Source: an uncultured bacterium (GTDB lineage Bacteria > Hydrothermota > Tepidihabitantia > SM23-42). Taken from it: 64,000 bases of DNA. A program made the translations under genes and the position numbers. The notes below the pieces were generated by a model. The model was given only the letters and a program-made list of their open reading frames with translations, was not told the origin of the DNA and ran no database searches. The stretch spans positions 31,398-95,397 of the forward strand of contig CAYQPW010000007.1 of the NCBI GenBank assembly GCA_964419565.1, in the 5' to 3' direction. Position 1 is the first letter of the stretch. The number at the start of each line of letters is the position of its first letter. Below are positions 47,463 to 55,380 of the stretch, piece by piece.

Positions 47463-49256
47463 TTACTCGACCAGTATGGCTTCGAATCTGCATACTTCTG
47501 CACACGAACCACATTTTGTACATTTCTTTTGATCGATAGTGTGTACTTCTTTTTTCTTGCCTGAAATAGCATTTACGGGGCATACTTTCAAACAGGCCAT
47601 ACAGCCTGTGCAGCGTTCGTCAAGGATAGTATATTTTATTAGTGGTTTGCATACACGAGCCGGGCATTTCTTATCTTTAATATGCGCAATGTATTCGTCT
47701 TTGAAATATCTCATTGTCGACAAGACCGGGTTGGCTGCAGTTTGCCCAAGACCGCACATTGAGGCGTCCTTTGTCGCGATGGCTAGATCTTCAAGCAGCT
47801 CAAGATCAGAAAGCTCGCCTTTGCCCTTAGTTATTCTGTCAAGTATCTGCCACATCATCTGGGTACCCTCACGGCATGAAAGACACTTACCGCACGATTC
47901 GTCTCTTAAGAAATTCATAAAGTATTTGGCAACATCGATCATGCACGTCTCTTCATCCATGACGATCATCCCGCCTGAACCCATCATTGAACCGACTTTT
48001 GTTAGACTTTCATAGTCGATCGGTAGATCAAGGAGATTTTCGGGGATGCAGCCACCAGAGGGACCGCCTGTTTGAACTGCCTTGAAACGCTTGTTATTGG
48101 GGATACCCCCGCCAACATCATAAATGATTTCTTTTACTGTGAGTCCCATTGGTACTTCAACGAGTCCAGTGTTGTTTATTTTACCTACTAGTGAGAATAT
48201 TTTAGTACCCTTGCTACCTTTGGTGCCCATGCCAGCAAACCATTTCGCACCTCTGAGGATTATCTGGGGGACGTTCGCCCAGGTTTCAACATTATTTATG
48301 TTCGTAGGTTTATTGAATAAACCTCTCTTCACTGGATAAGGTGGTCTTTGTTTGGGCACACCGATGCGACCAGAGATCGCAGCTAACAGTGAAGTCTCCT
48401 CACCGGACACAAAAGCACCCGCACCGCGAACAACCTCGATCGTGAAGTTGAAGCCGGTTCCAAGAATATCTTTTCCAAGTAAACCATATTCATTAGCTTG
48501 TTTTATCGCGATATTGAGGCGCTTTAAGGCCAAAGGATATTCAGTACGAACATATATGAATCCTTTTTGTGCACCGATGGCTTTTGCACCGATCGTCATA
48601 CCTTCAAGTACAGCATGGGGGTCTGCTTCAAGGATACTCCGGTCCATAAAAGCACCTGGATCGCCTTCATCTGCATTGCAAACCAGATATTTCACTGGTT
48701 CCTTTTCTTCTCTGCAAAGCTCCCATTTCCGTCCTGTCGGAAACCCGGCTCCGCCACGACCACGAAGTCCCGAGGTTTTTATCTCATCGATTATTACTTT
48801 TGGTTCCATTCCAGAGAGTGCTTTTTCCAGAGCTTTATAACCGTCAAAGGCGATATATTCTTCAATATCCTCTGGGTCGATGCGACCGCGATTTCTCAAT
48901 ACGATCAATCGTTGGTGTTTGAAAAAACCAATATCACTCATTTTAGGTATCGGTTTTTCTTCCTTCGGCGGGACATACATTAATTTTTTTACGGGTCGCC
49001 CTTTTAAAAAATGTTCTTCAACAAGATGGGGGATATCGCGAACAGAAAGATTTTGATAGAAAATACCTTCGGGTTGTACAACGACTATCGGTCCACGTTC
49101 ACAGAACCCATTACATCCTGTTGATATGACCGCTATTTCTTTTTGCAGCCCTCTTTTTGCGATCTCGGTTTCTAGTGCTTTCTTGATCTCGAAAGACCCT
49201 GCCGCGACACATCCAGTTCCAGCACAGACAAGCAAATGTGTTCGATATTGTTTCAA
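47463..49256 (-). CDS. NuoF/HydB/HndC-like NADH-binding FMN Fe-S subunit
   Basis: N-terminal thioredoxin-like 2Fe-2S (LLVCAGTGC..GCNGFCERGP), GLRGRGGAGFPTG FMN/NADH motif, ESCGKCLSCREG N3 cluster, two C-terminal CxxCxxCxxxCP motifs. TTG start 5 nt after AGGAGG. Confidence 0.9.
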   Translation of the reverse strand: MKQYRTHLLVCAGTGCVAAGSFEIKKALETEIAKRGLQKEIAVISTGCNGFCERGPIVVVQPEGIFYQNLSVRDIPHLVEEHFLKGRPVKKLMYVPPKEEKPIPKMSDIGFFKHQRLIVLRNRGRIDPEDIEEYIAFDGYKALEKALSGMEPKVIIDEIKTSGLRGRGGAGFPTGRKWELCREEKEPVKYLVCNADEGDPGAFMDRSILEADPHAVLEGMTIGAKAIGAQKGFIYVRTEYPLALKRLNIAIKQANEYGLLGKDILGTGFNFTIEVVRGAGAFVSGEETSLLAAISGRIGVPKQRPPYPVKRGLFNKPTNINNVETWANVPQIILRGAKWFAGMGTKGSKGTKIFSLVGKINNTGLVEVPMGLTVKEIIYDVGGGIPNNKRFKAVQTGGPSGGCIPENLLDLPIDYESLTKVGSMMGSGGMIVMDEETCMIDVAKYFMNFLRDESCGKCLSCREGTQMMWQILDRITKGKGELSDLELLEDLAIATKDASMCGLGQTAANPVLSTMRYFKDEYIAHIKDKKCPARVCKPLIKYTILDERCTGCMACLKVCPVNAISGKKKEVHTIDQKKCTKCGSCAEVCRFEAILVE

Positions 49257-49291
49257 CTCAACCTCCTATGAAAAAAACAGGTAAGGGTATT

Positions 49292-49380
49292 GGGCTACGA
49301 TGCCCGTTTCGTAAGATAAGGTGACGTTTATATTGTCTCTACGTTGCCCTTTGCCGTTGAACGATACGGGTTGCGTTACT
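49292..49380. repeat. ORF-less copy of the repeat that flanks the four-helix-bundle gene
   Basis: GGGCTACGATGCCCGTTTCGT ... CTACGTTGCCCTTTGCCGTTGAACGATACGGGTTGCGTTAC. The arms can pair (about 13 bp including G-U). Lies in the 142-nt gap between the hndB-like and nuoF-like genes. Confidence 0.65.
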
Positions 49381-49398
49381 GTTACCTTTACCATTCTG

Positions 49399-49782
49399 TT
49401 AATAGGTTCTCTCACTGCCTACAGCTAAGGCATATTCTTTCACAACATTCCCTTTGAGGACGTGGTCTTCCAGTATCTTCTTCATCTTGGTTGTAGTTAG
49501 ATCGACATATTTCACTGGTGGTTTGCCGCTTATTTCGACGGTAGCCATTGGTTCACGGCTGCACAAACCGGCACATCCCGAGGTGGTGACGATTACGTCC
49601 CTTATTTTTTTCTTGTCGATTTCACTCATCAAGTTGGTGAGAATTTCACGAGCACCGGCAGCAATACCACAAGTCCCCATGTGTACTGTTATCTTGGCTT
49701 TCGCTTTACCTTGTCTTAGATTAGCTGTTCTTCTTACTTTATCCCTTATTTTTTCTAAATCGCCGATTTTCAATTTCTTCAT
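49399..49782 (-). CDS. thioredoxin-like [2Fe-2S] ferredoxin (HndB-like)
   Basis: 127 aa. VHMGTCGIAAGA and TSGCAGLCSREP cysteine pairs. Confidence 0.8.
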   Translation of the reverse strand: MKKLKIGDLEKIRDKVRRTANLRQGKAKAKITVHMGTCGIAAGAREILTNLMSEIDKKKIRDVIVTTSGCAGLCSREPMATVEISGKPPVKYVDLTTTKMKKILEDHVLKGNVVKEYALAVGSERTY

Positions 49783-50336
49783 TTATTACTCCTTTCATCA
49801 AGTTTTTTAAACTCTTTTTTTAAATTATTTCTCAAATATTTGATAACTTCAGAATTATTTAATGGTATATCTTTTAGGTCTTTCTTAATTGTTTTTGTAT
49901 CAAAGATAAAAGTATAATTGTTTTTATGGTGTTTATATAAAAAATCTACGTCCAGACCCTGGGTAGCGACTAAGGTCATCAATGTTTTGGTCATATCGCC
50001 GATAGGTTTACGGTCGATATGATCGTGCATAAAAGTTGCAGTTATTGTCGTACCTTTTCCTTTTTTCGATTTTATGTGGAAGCTGCCGTTTGCTTCTTTT
50101 GTTGCTTGAGCTAACATCGATAAACCAAGACCGATCCTTCTGGTTTTTTTGGTACTGAAAAATGGATCAAGAGCTCTAGTCAATGTTTTTTTATCCATGC
50201 CCATACCATTATCCTGGATCGTCAAAATCAACTTATTTCTTGCGGTATCTTCATTGATAGATATTTTAATCTTTTCTGCGCCAGCCGCAATGCTATTTTC
50301 CACGATATCAAGTACATGAAGTGAGAGGTCTTGCAT
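49779..50336 (-). CDS. HATPase_c-only protein (histidine-kinase-like ATPase without HisKA domain)
   Basis: N box VENSIAAGA, DNGMGMD (G1), GLGLSM (G2). 185 aa, no phospho-acceptor His domain. ATGA overlap with the next gene. Confidence 0.75.
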   Translation of the reverse strand: MQDLSLHVLDIVENSIAAGAEKIKISINEDTARNKLILTIQDNGMGMDKKTLTRALDPFFSTKKTRRIGLGLSMLAQATKEANGSFHIKSKKGKGTTITATFMHDHIDRKPIGDMTKTLMTLVATQGLDVDFLYKHHKNNYTFIFDTKTIKKDLKDIPLNNSEVIKYLRNNLKKEFKKLDERSNK

Positions 50337-50338
50337 CG

Positions 50339-51085
50339 CTATGCTTCCATAATGATATTTCGCCCGTCGCGTTTAGAAAAAGCCATTTTTATTTCACTCA
50401 AAGTTGGTTGTGCGAGTAGAAAAGACGTCGTGACTTTACCGATATCCTCGAGGAAGTGCGCATCCGAAGATGTTACTAATGGATATCGAGCGGTCGCGGG
50501 AAATTTAATGTTTACCTGAGCCCGTGTCGTGTTTGGAGAAATTTCAAGTGCATCGATATTAAGACCGTCGGGTATGAACCCGAGCTGCCCAAAAATGCTG
50601 TAGGTTTCACGATCAATATGAGAGGCTATAACCAGACCGCTATTGAGATGGATCTGCTTGACTATTTCAGCTAAAGGCAGTGTCGTAGCACTGATAAGGA
50701 GTCTGTTATTATACGCTTCAACTTCATCAAATTCATTTACAACAATCTGCTGTCCGAAAAGTTCTTCATTATTCTCACCCGGCATTAATGCTTTATAGAC
50801 CAATTTTTGCATTGTCAATACTGCATCTACAGTATCGAACAGTGCGATCATGTGGACTTCTTCGGAACTGGCTACTTCCATACCTGCTAATACAGCGAGG
50901 TCTTTTCCTTTTGCGGCATTAAATGTTGCTCTTACGTTCTCGGCAGAATTGTGATCACAAACTGCTATGATATCAAGCTTCATTTCCTCAGCTTTTGCCA
51001 CGATCCTTTTGGGTGACATCGTTAGGTCGGCACACGGCGACAAACACGTATGAATGTGGAGATCTGCTCGATAACATTGGAGCAT
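50339..51085 (-). CDS. PHP-domain phosphoesterase
   Basis: ADLHIHTCLSPCA and AVCDHNS motifs of the PHP fold; 248 aa. Confidence 0.8.
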   Translation of the reverse strand: MLQCYRADLHIHTCLSPCADLTMSPKRIVAKAEEMKLDIIAVCDHNSAENVRATFNAAKGKDLAVLAGMEVASSEEVHMIALFDTVDAVLTMQKLVYKALMPGENNEELFGQQIVVNEFDEVEAYNNRLLISATTLPLAEIVKQIHLNSGLVIASHIDRETYSIFGQLGFIPDGLNIDALEISPNTTRAQVNIKFPATARYPLVTSSDAHFLEDIGKVTTSFLLAQPTLSEIKMAFSKRDGRNIIMEA

Positions 51086-51444
51086 TACCGTATTCCAGAT
51101 ATGCCTACTTTATATAATCTACCGATCAATTCAAAAGCCGGTAGATCACTTGTGAGAATAATGATGTTTTCTGTTTTTGCTTTGTTTAGAGTCTCTGCAT
51201 CAGGTATACGGTCGTTAACTATAATTATGCCAGCCAATTCTTTTAGTTTAGCGACCGCAACGATATTCGGGTGCCCCTGCAACGTTACCCAAATGTCACC
51301 CGCTTTGGTATTGGCCATGACATCGCTGAGCAGATCACTTGCGTAGCCACCTTTGATTTCCCGCTCAATAAGCTCTGGGCAGGTGACTGCCTTCGTGTTA
51401 CATGTATCAATAACATCTGATATCTTTATTTTTTTATCGTTCAT
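51085..51444 (-). CDS. DRTGG-domain protein
   Basis: 119 aa. SDLLSDVM...VTLQGHPNIVAVA...GIIIVN...IIILTSDL..F pattern of the DRTGG domain. Confidence 0.7.
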   Translation of the reverse strand: MNDKKIKISDVIDTCNTKAVTCPELIEREIKGGYASDLLSDVMANTKAGDIWVTLQGHPNIVAVAKLKELAGIIIVNDRIPDAETLNKAKTENIIILTSDLPAFELIGRLYKVGISGIR

Positions 51445-52724
51445 TTCTTTCCCTTGTTTTTTCTGATAAATAAACAGCCACTTAATTGCGCTTCATCACG
51501 TGCCACATCTTCAGCAAATGTTCGACAATCAGGCGCACCGCATACACCGCAATCTGTGCCGGGTAGTCTTTTCAATGTTTTTTCTATTAGTTCGGTTTTC
51601 CTGATCGCCTTTTCTCTGTTTTTATCAAGAGGTGCGAACGGTTTGGGCTTTACAGCTGCCTCAAACGAGAAATATTTTTCTTTATACAGCTTTTTAACAA
51701 AATGAGCGTCGACTCTTTTTTTACCGCCAAAGGTTTTGATCAACCGAAGAACATTACTTTTTGCGACAAATCTGTTTTCAACGGTCAACGGGCCACCAAT
51801 ACAGCCGTCAGGACATATCAAACATTCAAGGTATTCGATATTCCTGAGTTTCCCGGCCTCAACATCTTCGAGGATCTTTATTGTATCATAGACACCTGAT
51901 ACTGAAGCAGAATGAAAGTATTTTAAGCCACGGATCTCACCGCCTTCTATGGTCCAGCCGATCCCGATCCCGCTTATTTGACTGTGGGCGTCGAGGATGC
52001 GCGGGGTCTTAGTTCTTTTTAATTTCAACATCACATCGTTATAGATCTCCTGTATCGATAAGGCACCATCGAGGTTCGATTTTTTCATAGTTTCCGGGTA
52101 ATTTATTGAGACCATTTTTGCTGCACAAGGTGTGATATGTATGATACCGATATCTTGTTCTGCTACATTACGTTCACTGGCAATGTCAGATCGCAGATTT
52201 TTTGCAGCTATTTCGCGTGGTGGTTCGATAGGGATGATAAGATCGCAGAGGCTGGGGAATAAACGCTGAATAAGCCGAACGACTACCGGGCATGTCGACG
52301 AGATAACTGGTTTTGGTCCTTTGTTCTCGTCCAAGTATTCCTCGATCGCCCGGCTTGTCATCTCGCACATCCAGGCTTCATCATAGACCAGGTCAAACCC
52401 AAGGTCTTTAACTACTGCAAGAATTTCATTTGGCATGACATGTTGACCAAACTGAGAATATAATACTGGAGATGGAAGCGCAACCTTAAATTTAAATTTG
52501 TCAAGATCTGCTGAGGATGTAGTGATCGGTATGACGGCATTATATGGGCAGACCCGTAAGCACTCGCCGCAGTCAATACAACGTTCCTCATTAATAACCG
52601 CTTTATGGTTTTTCACCCTTATTGCTCGGGTTGGACAATGTTGCATGCACCGGACACAGCCGATGCACTTTTTTTTGTCTATTTTTACCGAGTGAAAACG
52701 TCGAGTTTTAATCGTATGTCCCAT
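51441..52724 (-). CDS. [FeFe]-hydrogenase-like protein, probably sensory rather than catalytic
   Basis: Two N-terminal ferredoxin motifs (CIGCVRCMQHCP, CIDCGECLRVCP). H-cluster-domain-like motifs SSTCPVV, ITPCAAK and ECLICPDGCIGGP. C-terminal CGVCGAPDCRTFAE (RnfB-type Fe-S domain). Confidence 0.75.
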   Translation of the reverse strand: MGHTIKTRRFHSVKIDKKKCIGCVRCMQHCPTRAIRVKNHKAVINEERCIDCGECLRVCPYNAVIPITTSSADLDKFKFKVALPSPVLYSQFGQHVMPNEILAVVKDLGFDLVYDEAWMCEMTSRAIEEYLDENKGPKPVISSTCPVVVRLIQRLFPSLCDLIIPIEPPREIAAKNLRSDIASERNVAEQDIGIIHITPCAAKMVSINYPETMKKSNLDGALSIQEIYNDVMLKLKRTKTPRILDAHSQISGIGIGWTIEGGEIRGLKYFHSASVSGVYDTIKILEDVEAGKLRNIEYLECLICPDGCIGGPLTVENRFVAKSNVLRLIKTFGGKKRVDAHFVKKLYKEKYFSFEAAVKPKPFAPLDKNREKAIRKTELIEKTLKRLPGTDCGVCGAPDCRTFAEDVARDEAQLSGCLFIRKNKGKK

Positions 52725-53151
52725 TTAAATTAAATATCATCTCTAATCTGGTGCTCTTACCCAGAGTTGAACGTATATCGAAGTGATCTGAATTCTTTTT
52801 GATGTTAGGTAGACCCATGCCTGCGCCAAAGCCCATTTCTCTTACTTCTTCTGTTGCTGTTGAATAGCCTGGCTTCATAGCTAGTTCGATATCAGCTATA
52901 CCTGGTCCTTTATCTTCGACCTTAAGAGTTATATTCTTCGCGTTTATGATAACCTTCATTAGACCACGCTCCGCATACATGACAACATTCATTTCTGCTT
53001 CATACGCAGCAATGGCGACCCTTCGTATGATGTCGGGGTCAGCACCGATATCTTTCAATATATTACGTATTTTTATGGAAGATTCACCGGCGTTTATGAA
53101 ATCTCCACCCTTTATCCTAAAAACTCGTTCAAAAGCAGCTTTGCCACGCAT
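52708..53151 (-). CDS. RsbW/SpoIIAB-like anti-sigma-type serine kinase (HATPase_c)
   Basis: 147 aa. AAYEAEMNVV (N box), EDKGPGI, GFGAGMGL. Confidence 0.7.
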   Translation of the reverse strand: MRGKAAFERVFRIKGGDFINAGESSIKIRNILKDIGADPDIIRRVAIAAYEAEMNVVMYAERGLMKVIINAKNITLKVEDKGPGIADIELAMKPGYSTATEEVREMGFGAGMGLPNIKKNSDHFDIRSTLGKSTRLEMIFNLNGTYD

Positions 53152-53157
53152 TATTTA

Positions 53158-53517
53158 TTAATTTTTCGAGTCTATAATAACACCTTTTATACCGTTAGCG
53201 TGCAGTATCCCGCATGAATCGAACATAGAGAGATTTGTTGTGAGAAGAGCGATATCGCAGTCCTTGCTTAATTTAACTGTTTCGGCTGAAGGTTCTTTCC
53301 CCCGGACAAAGACCACTGCACAAATGCCTGCAATATCACATGTCCGGATGACCTGGACATTGACCAATCCGGTCAAGAGAAGTTTGCCAGGTCCTGAAAA
53401 TCTGAGGACATCGCTCATCAGATCCGAGGCTTTTGCTGATTTTACATCTATTAGCAATTTATCAGAGCCGCACAAGAGTCTGCAGTTGAGCAATTCTTTT
53501 ATTTTTTTCAGAGTCAC
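53158..53517 (-). CDS. DRTGG-domain protein (second copy)
   Basis: 119 aa, paralogous to 51085-51444 (ASDLMSDVL..LLLTGLVN..AVVFVRG..IALLTTNL..F). GTGA overlap with the nuoE-like stop. Confidence 0.7.
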   Translation of the reverse strand: MTLKKIKELLNCRLLCGSDKLLIDVKSAKASDLMSDVLRFSGPGKLLLTGLVNVQVIRTCDIAGICAVVFVRGKEPSAETVKLSKDCDIALLTTNLSMFDSCGILHANGIKGVIIDSKN

Positions 53518-54281
53518 TTTCTTTTTTTGGTAGTTCTTTTCTTTTTTGAACTTCTTGTTATTCTTTTTTTAGCTTTTTTCTTTATTTTTTTCTTCGCAGG
53601 TTTTTTAGTAATTATTTTTCTCTTTTTTCTCTTGATGCTGGTTGTTTTTTTACTCCTCTTTACGCGTTTTGCTGGAATCTGTTTTTTCGTGAGTCTTTGC
53701 CTTTTTGGTTTTTTTGTAATTTTTTTCTTAGCTTTTATCTTAGTTATTTTTTTTGTAGTTTTCTTTTTAGCTTTTTGTTTGATTTTCTTTTTTCCCTGTG
53801 CCTTCATTGCTTTTGGTTTTTCTTTATTCTGATTTTCGATGATTAAATCAGCTTTTTTAGCGGTCGCTTTCCCATAATATTTTCCATCAACAACGACGAT
53901 AGGAGCTAATGCACAAGCCCCGAGACATGCAACTGTCTCTAATGTATAATTACCATCTTTGCTTGTACAACCCGGCTCGAGCTTGAGTCGATCCCGCAAA
54001 CGATCGAGAACTGCTGGAGCACCACGCACATGGCATGCCGTACCCAGACAGACTGTTACCAGATGTTTACCACGCGGTGTCAAGCTAAAAGCACGATAAA
54101 ATGAAGCTACGCTATAAACATCGATCAGAGGTATGGACAGTTCTTCTGATACCATGCTCAAAATCTCAGGAGGTAGCCAGTTGTACGCATCCTGGATGTC
54201 CTGAAGCACAGCGAGAAGACCGGATTTTTTCTTTCTATATCGTTTAATAATAGTTGAAGCTTTGCTAGTATTTAGTTTCAT
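53514..54281 (-). CDS. NuoE/HydC-like [2Fe-2S] subunit with about 100-aa lysine-rich C-terminal tail
   Basis: CLGTACHVRG and CLGACALAPIVVVDG cysteine motifs of NuoE. The last 106 residues contain 58 K/R by my count. GGGAG ribosome-binding site. Confidence 0.85.
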   Translation of the reverse strand: MKLNTSKASTIIKRYRKKKSGLLAVLQDIQDAYNWLPPEILSMVSEELSIPLIDVYSVASFYRAFSLTPRGKHLVTVCLGTACHVRGAPAVLDRLRDRLKLEPGCTSKDGNYTLETVACLGACALAPIVVVDGKYYGKATAKKADLIIENQNKEKPKAMKAQGKKKIKQKAKKKTTKKITKIKAKKKITKKPKRQRLTKKQIPAKRVKRSKKTTSIKRKKRKIITKKPAKKKIKKKAKKRITRSSKKKRTTKKRK

Positions 54282-54314
54282 ATAACTCCCTTCAGGATAT
54301 CATATTAGCTGATT

Positions 54315-54342
54315 ATTATATTGAATTTCTCACTCAAGTCAA
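54315..54342 (-). promoter_or_regulatory. sigma-70-type promoter of the nuoE-like operon
   Basis: On the minus strand TTGACT (54342-54337), 16-nt spacer, TATAAT (54320-54315), about 34 nt upstream of ATG 54281. Confidence 0.6.
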
Positions 54343-54421
54343 TAACATAGAAAGCATGAAATCATATAGCTAGCAGGTCGCGCCAGGGCTTTTTTAGTCT
54401 AAATTGTGGTAGTTTTAATGG

Positions 54422-55378
54422 TTATTTTTCTTCTTCTAATAATTTGACTTTTTCGCGTGCATTTACGATATAGCGTTTGACATCCTTATAATCAGGACAC
54501 ACTTCTATGACCAGATTCCATTCGCTTATCGCTTGTTCAAGCCGATCGTTGACATAGTGTTCGATCCCTTTAAGATAGTGTTTTTCACAGTATTGCCTGT
54601 CTTTTTCTGATAACGGTTGATCAGGGGCTGGTTTGGGTTCTTTTTTTATTACTGTTTTTTCAATGACTACCGGTTTATCGATTAGCAGGGTATCGACGAC
54701 CGTTATTTTTTTTGTTACGACAGGAGGACGGAAGTTAAAACCGATCAGCAGTTTTAAGGTGTCTTCGTAGAGCACTAAAGCATGGATGAAACTTCGAAAA
54801 TCCAAGGATACTGCACCGCTGAGCAGACCCGGTCGGAAACCACCATATAAGCCTATACTAAAATCACCGATCGGTTGTTTAAGAGCGATAATCCCATGAG
54901 GGGTAATCTCTCGATTACGTAAGGAATCTTGTATTTCAACGGCTGCGGTCAACTGTCGCCAGGTATAGGAGATTCCGCCCCTGAGTATCTTGTCATCATT
55001 GAGAATATTGGAAAAGCTGGTACCTAATGATACCTTGCCGTGATACCATGCGCCAAGGTCAAAAAGCGGGTCGGTTTGGTCGTATATTTTCAGGATGCCA
55101 GCATTGAAACCAATCGAGAAAGGGATCTTTTTGACATGGTATGAGATACTGCCCCAATTTCTTCGTTCGCGGCCTTCATGCATGTTCGAGAAACCAAGAC
55201 CGAAGTCTAAAAATCGTGCAGAAGCGCTAAAGACGGTGATTTCGCCGATGTCTTTTGGTTCAATAACGACCTGATAATTACCTTGATAAGCAGTATATGC
55301 CGCATTCGAAAAAGTCTGGTAACTGATCGGTGTTGAGACACTATTGAGACTGAACGCTAAAATAATGAGGGTAAGCAA
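54422..55378 (-). CDS. hypothetical exported protein: beta-rich N-domain plus C-terminal TPR-like helix pair
   Basis: Hydrophobic N-terminus, alternating beta-strand-like pattern for about 210 aa, Lys/Pro linker, then KHYLKGIEHYVNDRLEQAISEWNLVIEVCPDY. TTG start 3 nt after the pepA stop. Confidence 0.4.
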   Translation of the reverse strand: MLTLIILAFSLNSVSTPISYQTFSNAAYTAYQGNYQVVIEPKDIGEITVFSASARFLDFGLGFSNMHEGRERRNWGSISYHVKKIPFSIGFNAGILKIYDQTDPLFDLGAWYHGKVSLGTSFSNILNDDKILRGGISYTWRQLTAAVEIQDSLRNREITPHGIIALKQPIGDFSIGLYGGFRPGLLSGAVSLDFRSFIHALVLYEDTLKLLIGFNFRPPVVTKKITVVDTLLIDKPVVIEKTVIKKEPKPAPDQPLSEKDRQYCEKHYLKGIEHYVNDRLEQAISEWNLVIEVCPDYKDVKRYIVNAREKVKLLEEEK

Positions 55379-55380
55379 GG

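Noticed and set aside
47539-48840. Plus-strand ORFs of 158 and 162 aa inside the nuoF-like gene. Similar antisense ORFs occur at 24949-25416, 60799-61482, 14672-15046 and 43407-43865.
   Set aside because: They lie entirely antisense to strongly supported genes. They have biased Ser/Pro/Arg composition and no recognisable motifs, so they are shadow ORFs.
51441-52724. Catalytic [FeFe]-hydrogenase (HydA)
   Set aside because: The L1 motif reads SSTCP, so it lacks the proton-relay Cys. The protein is short, ends in an RnfB-type Fe-S domain and is flanked by signalling genes. A sensory role is more likely.
53527-53832. 101-aa plus-strand ORF rich in F, L and V
   Set aside because: It is the antisense shadow of the lysine-rich (AAA/AAG) tail of the minus-strand NuoE-like gene. 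It has no start context or family resemblance.
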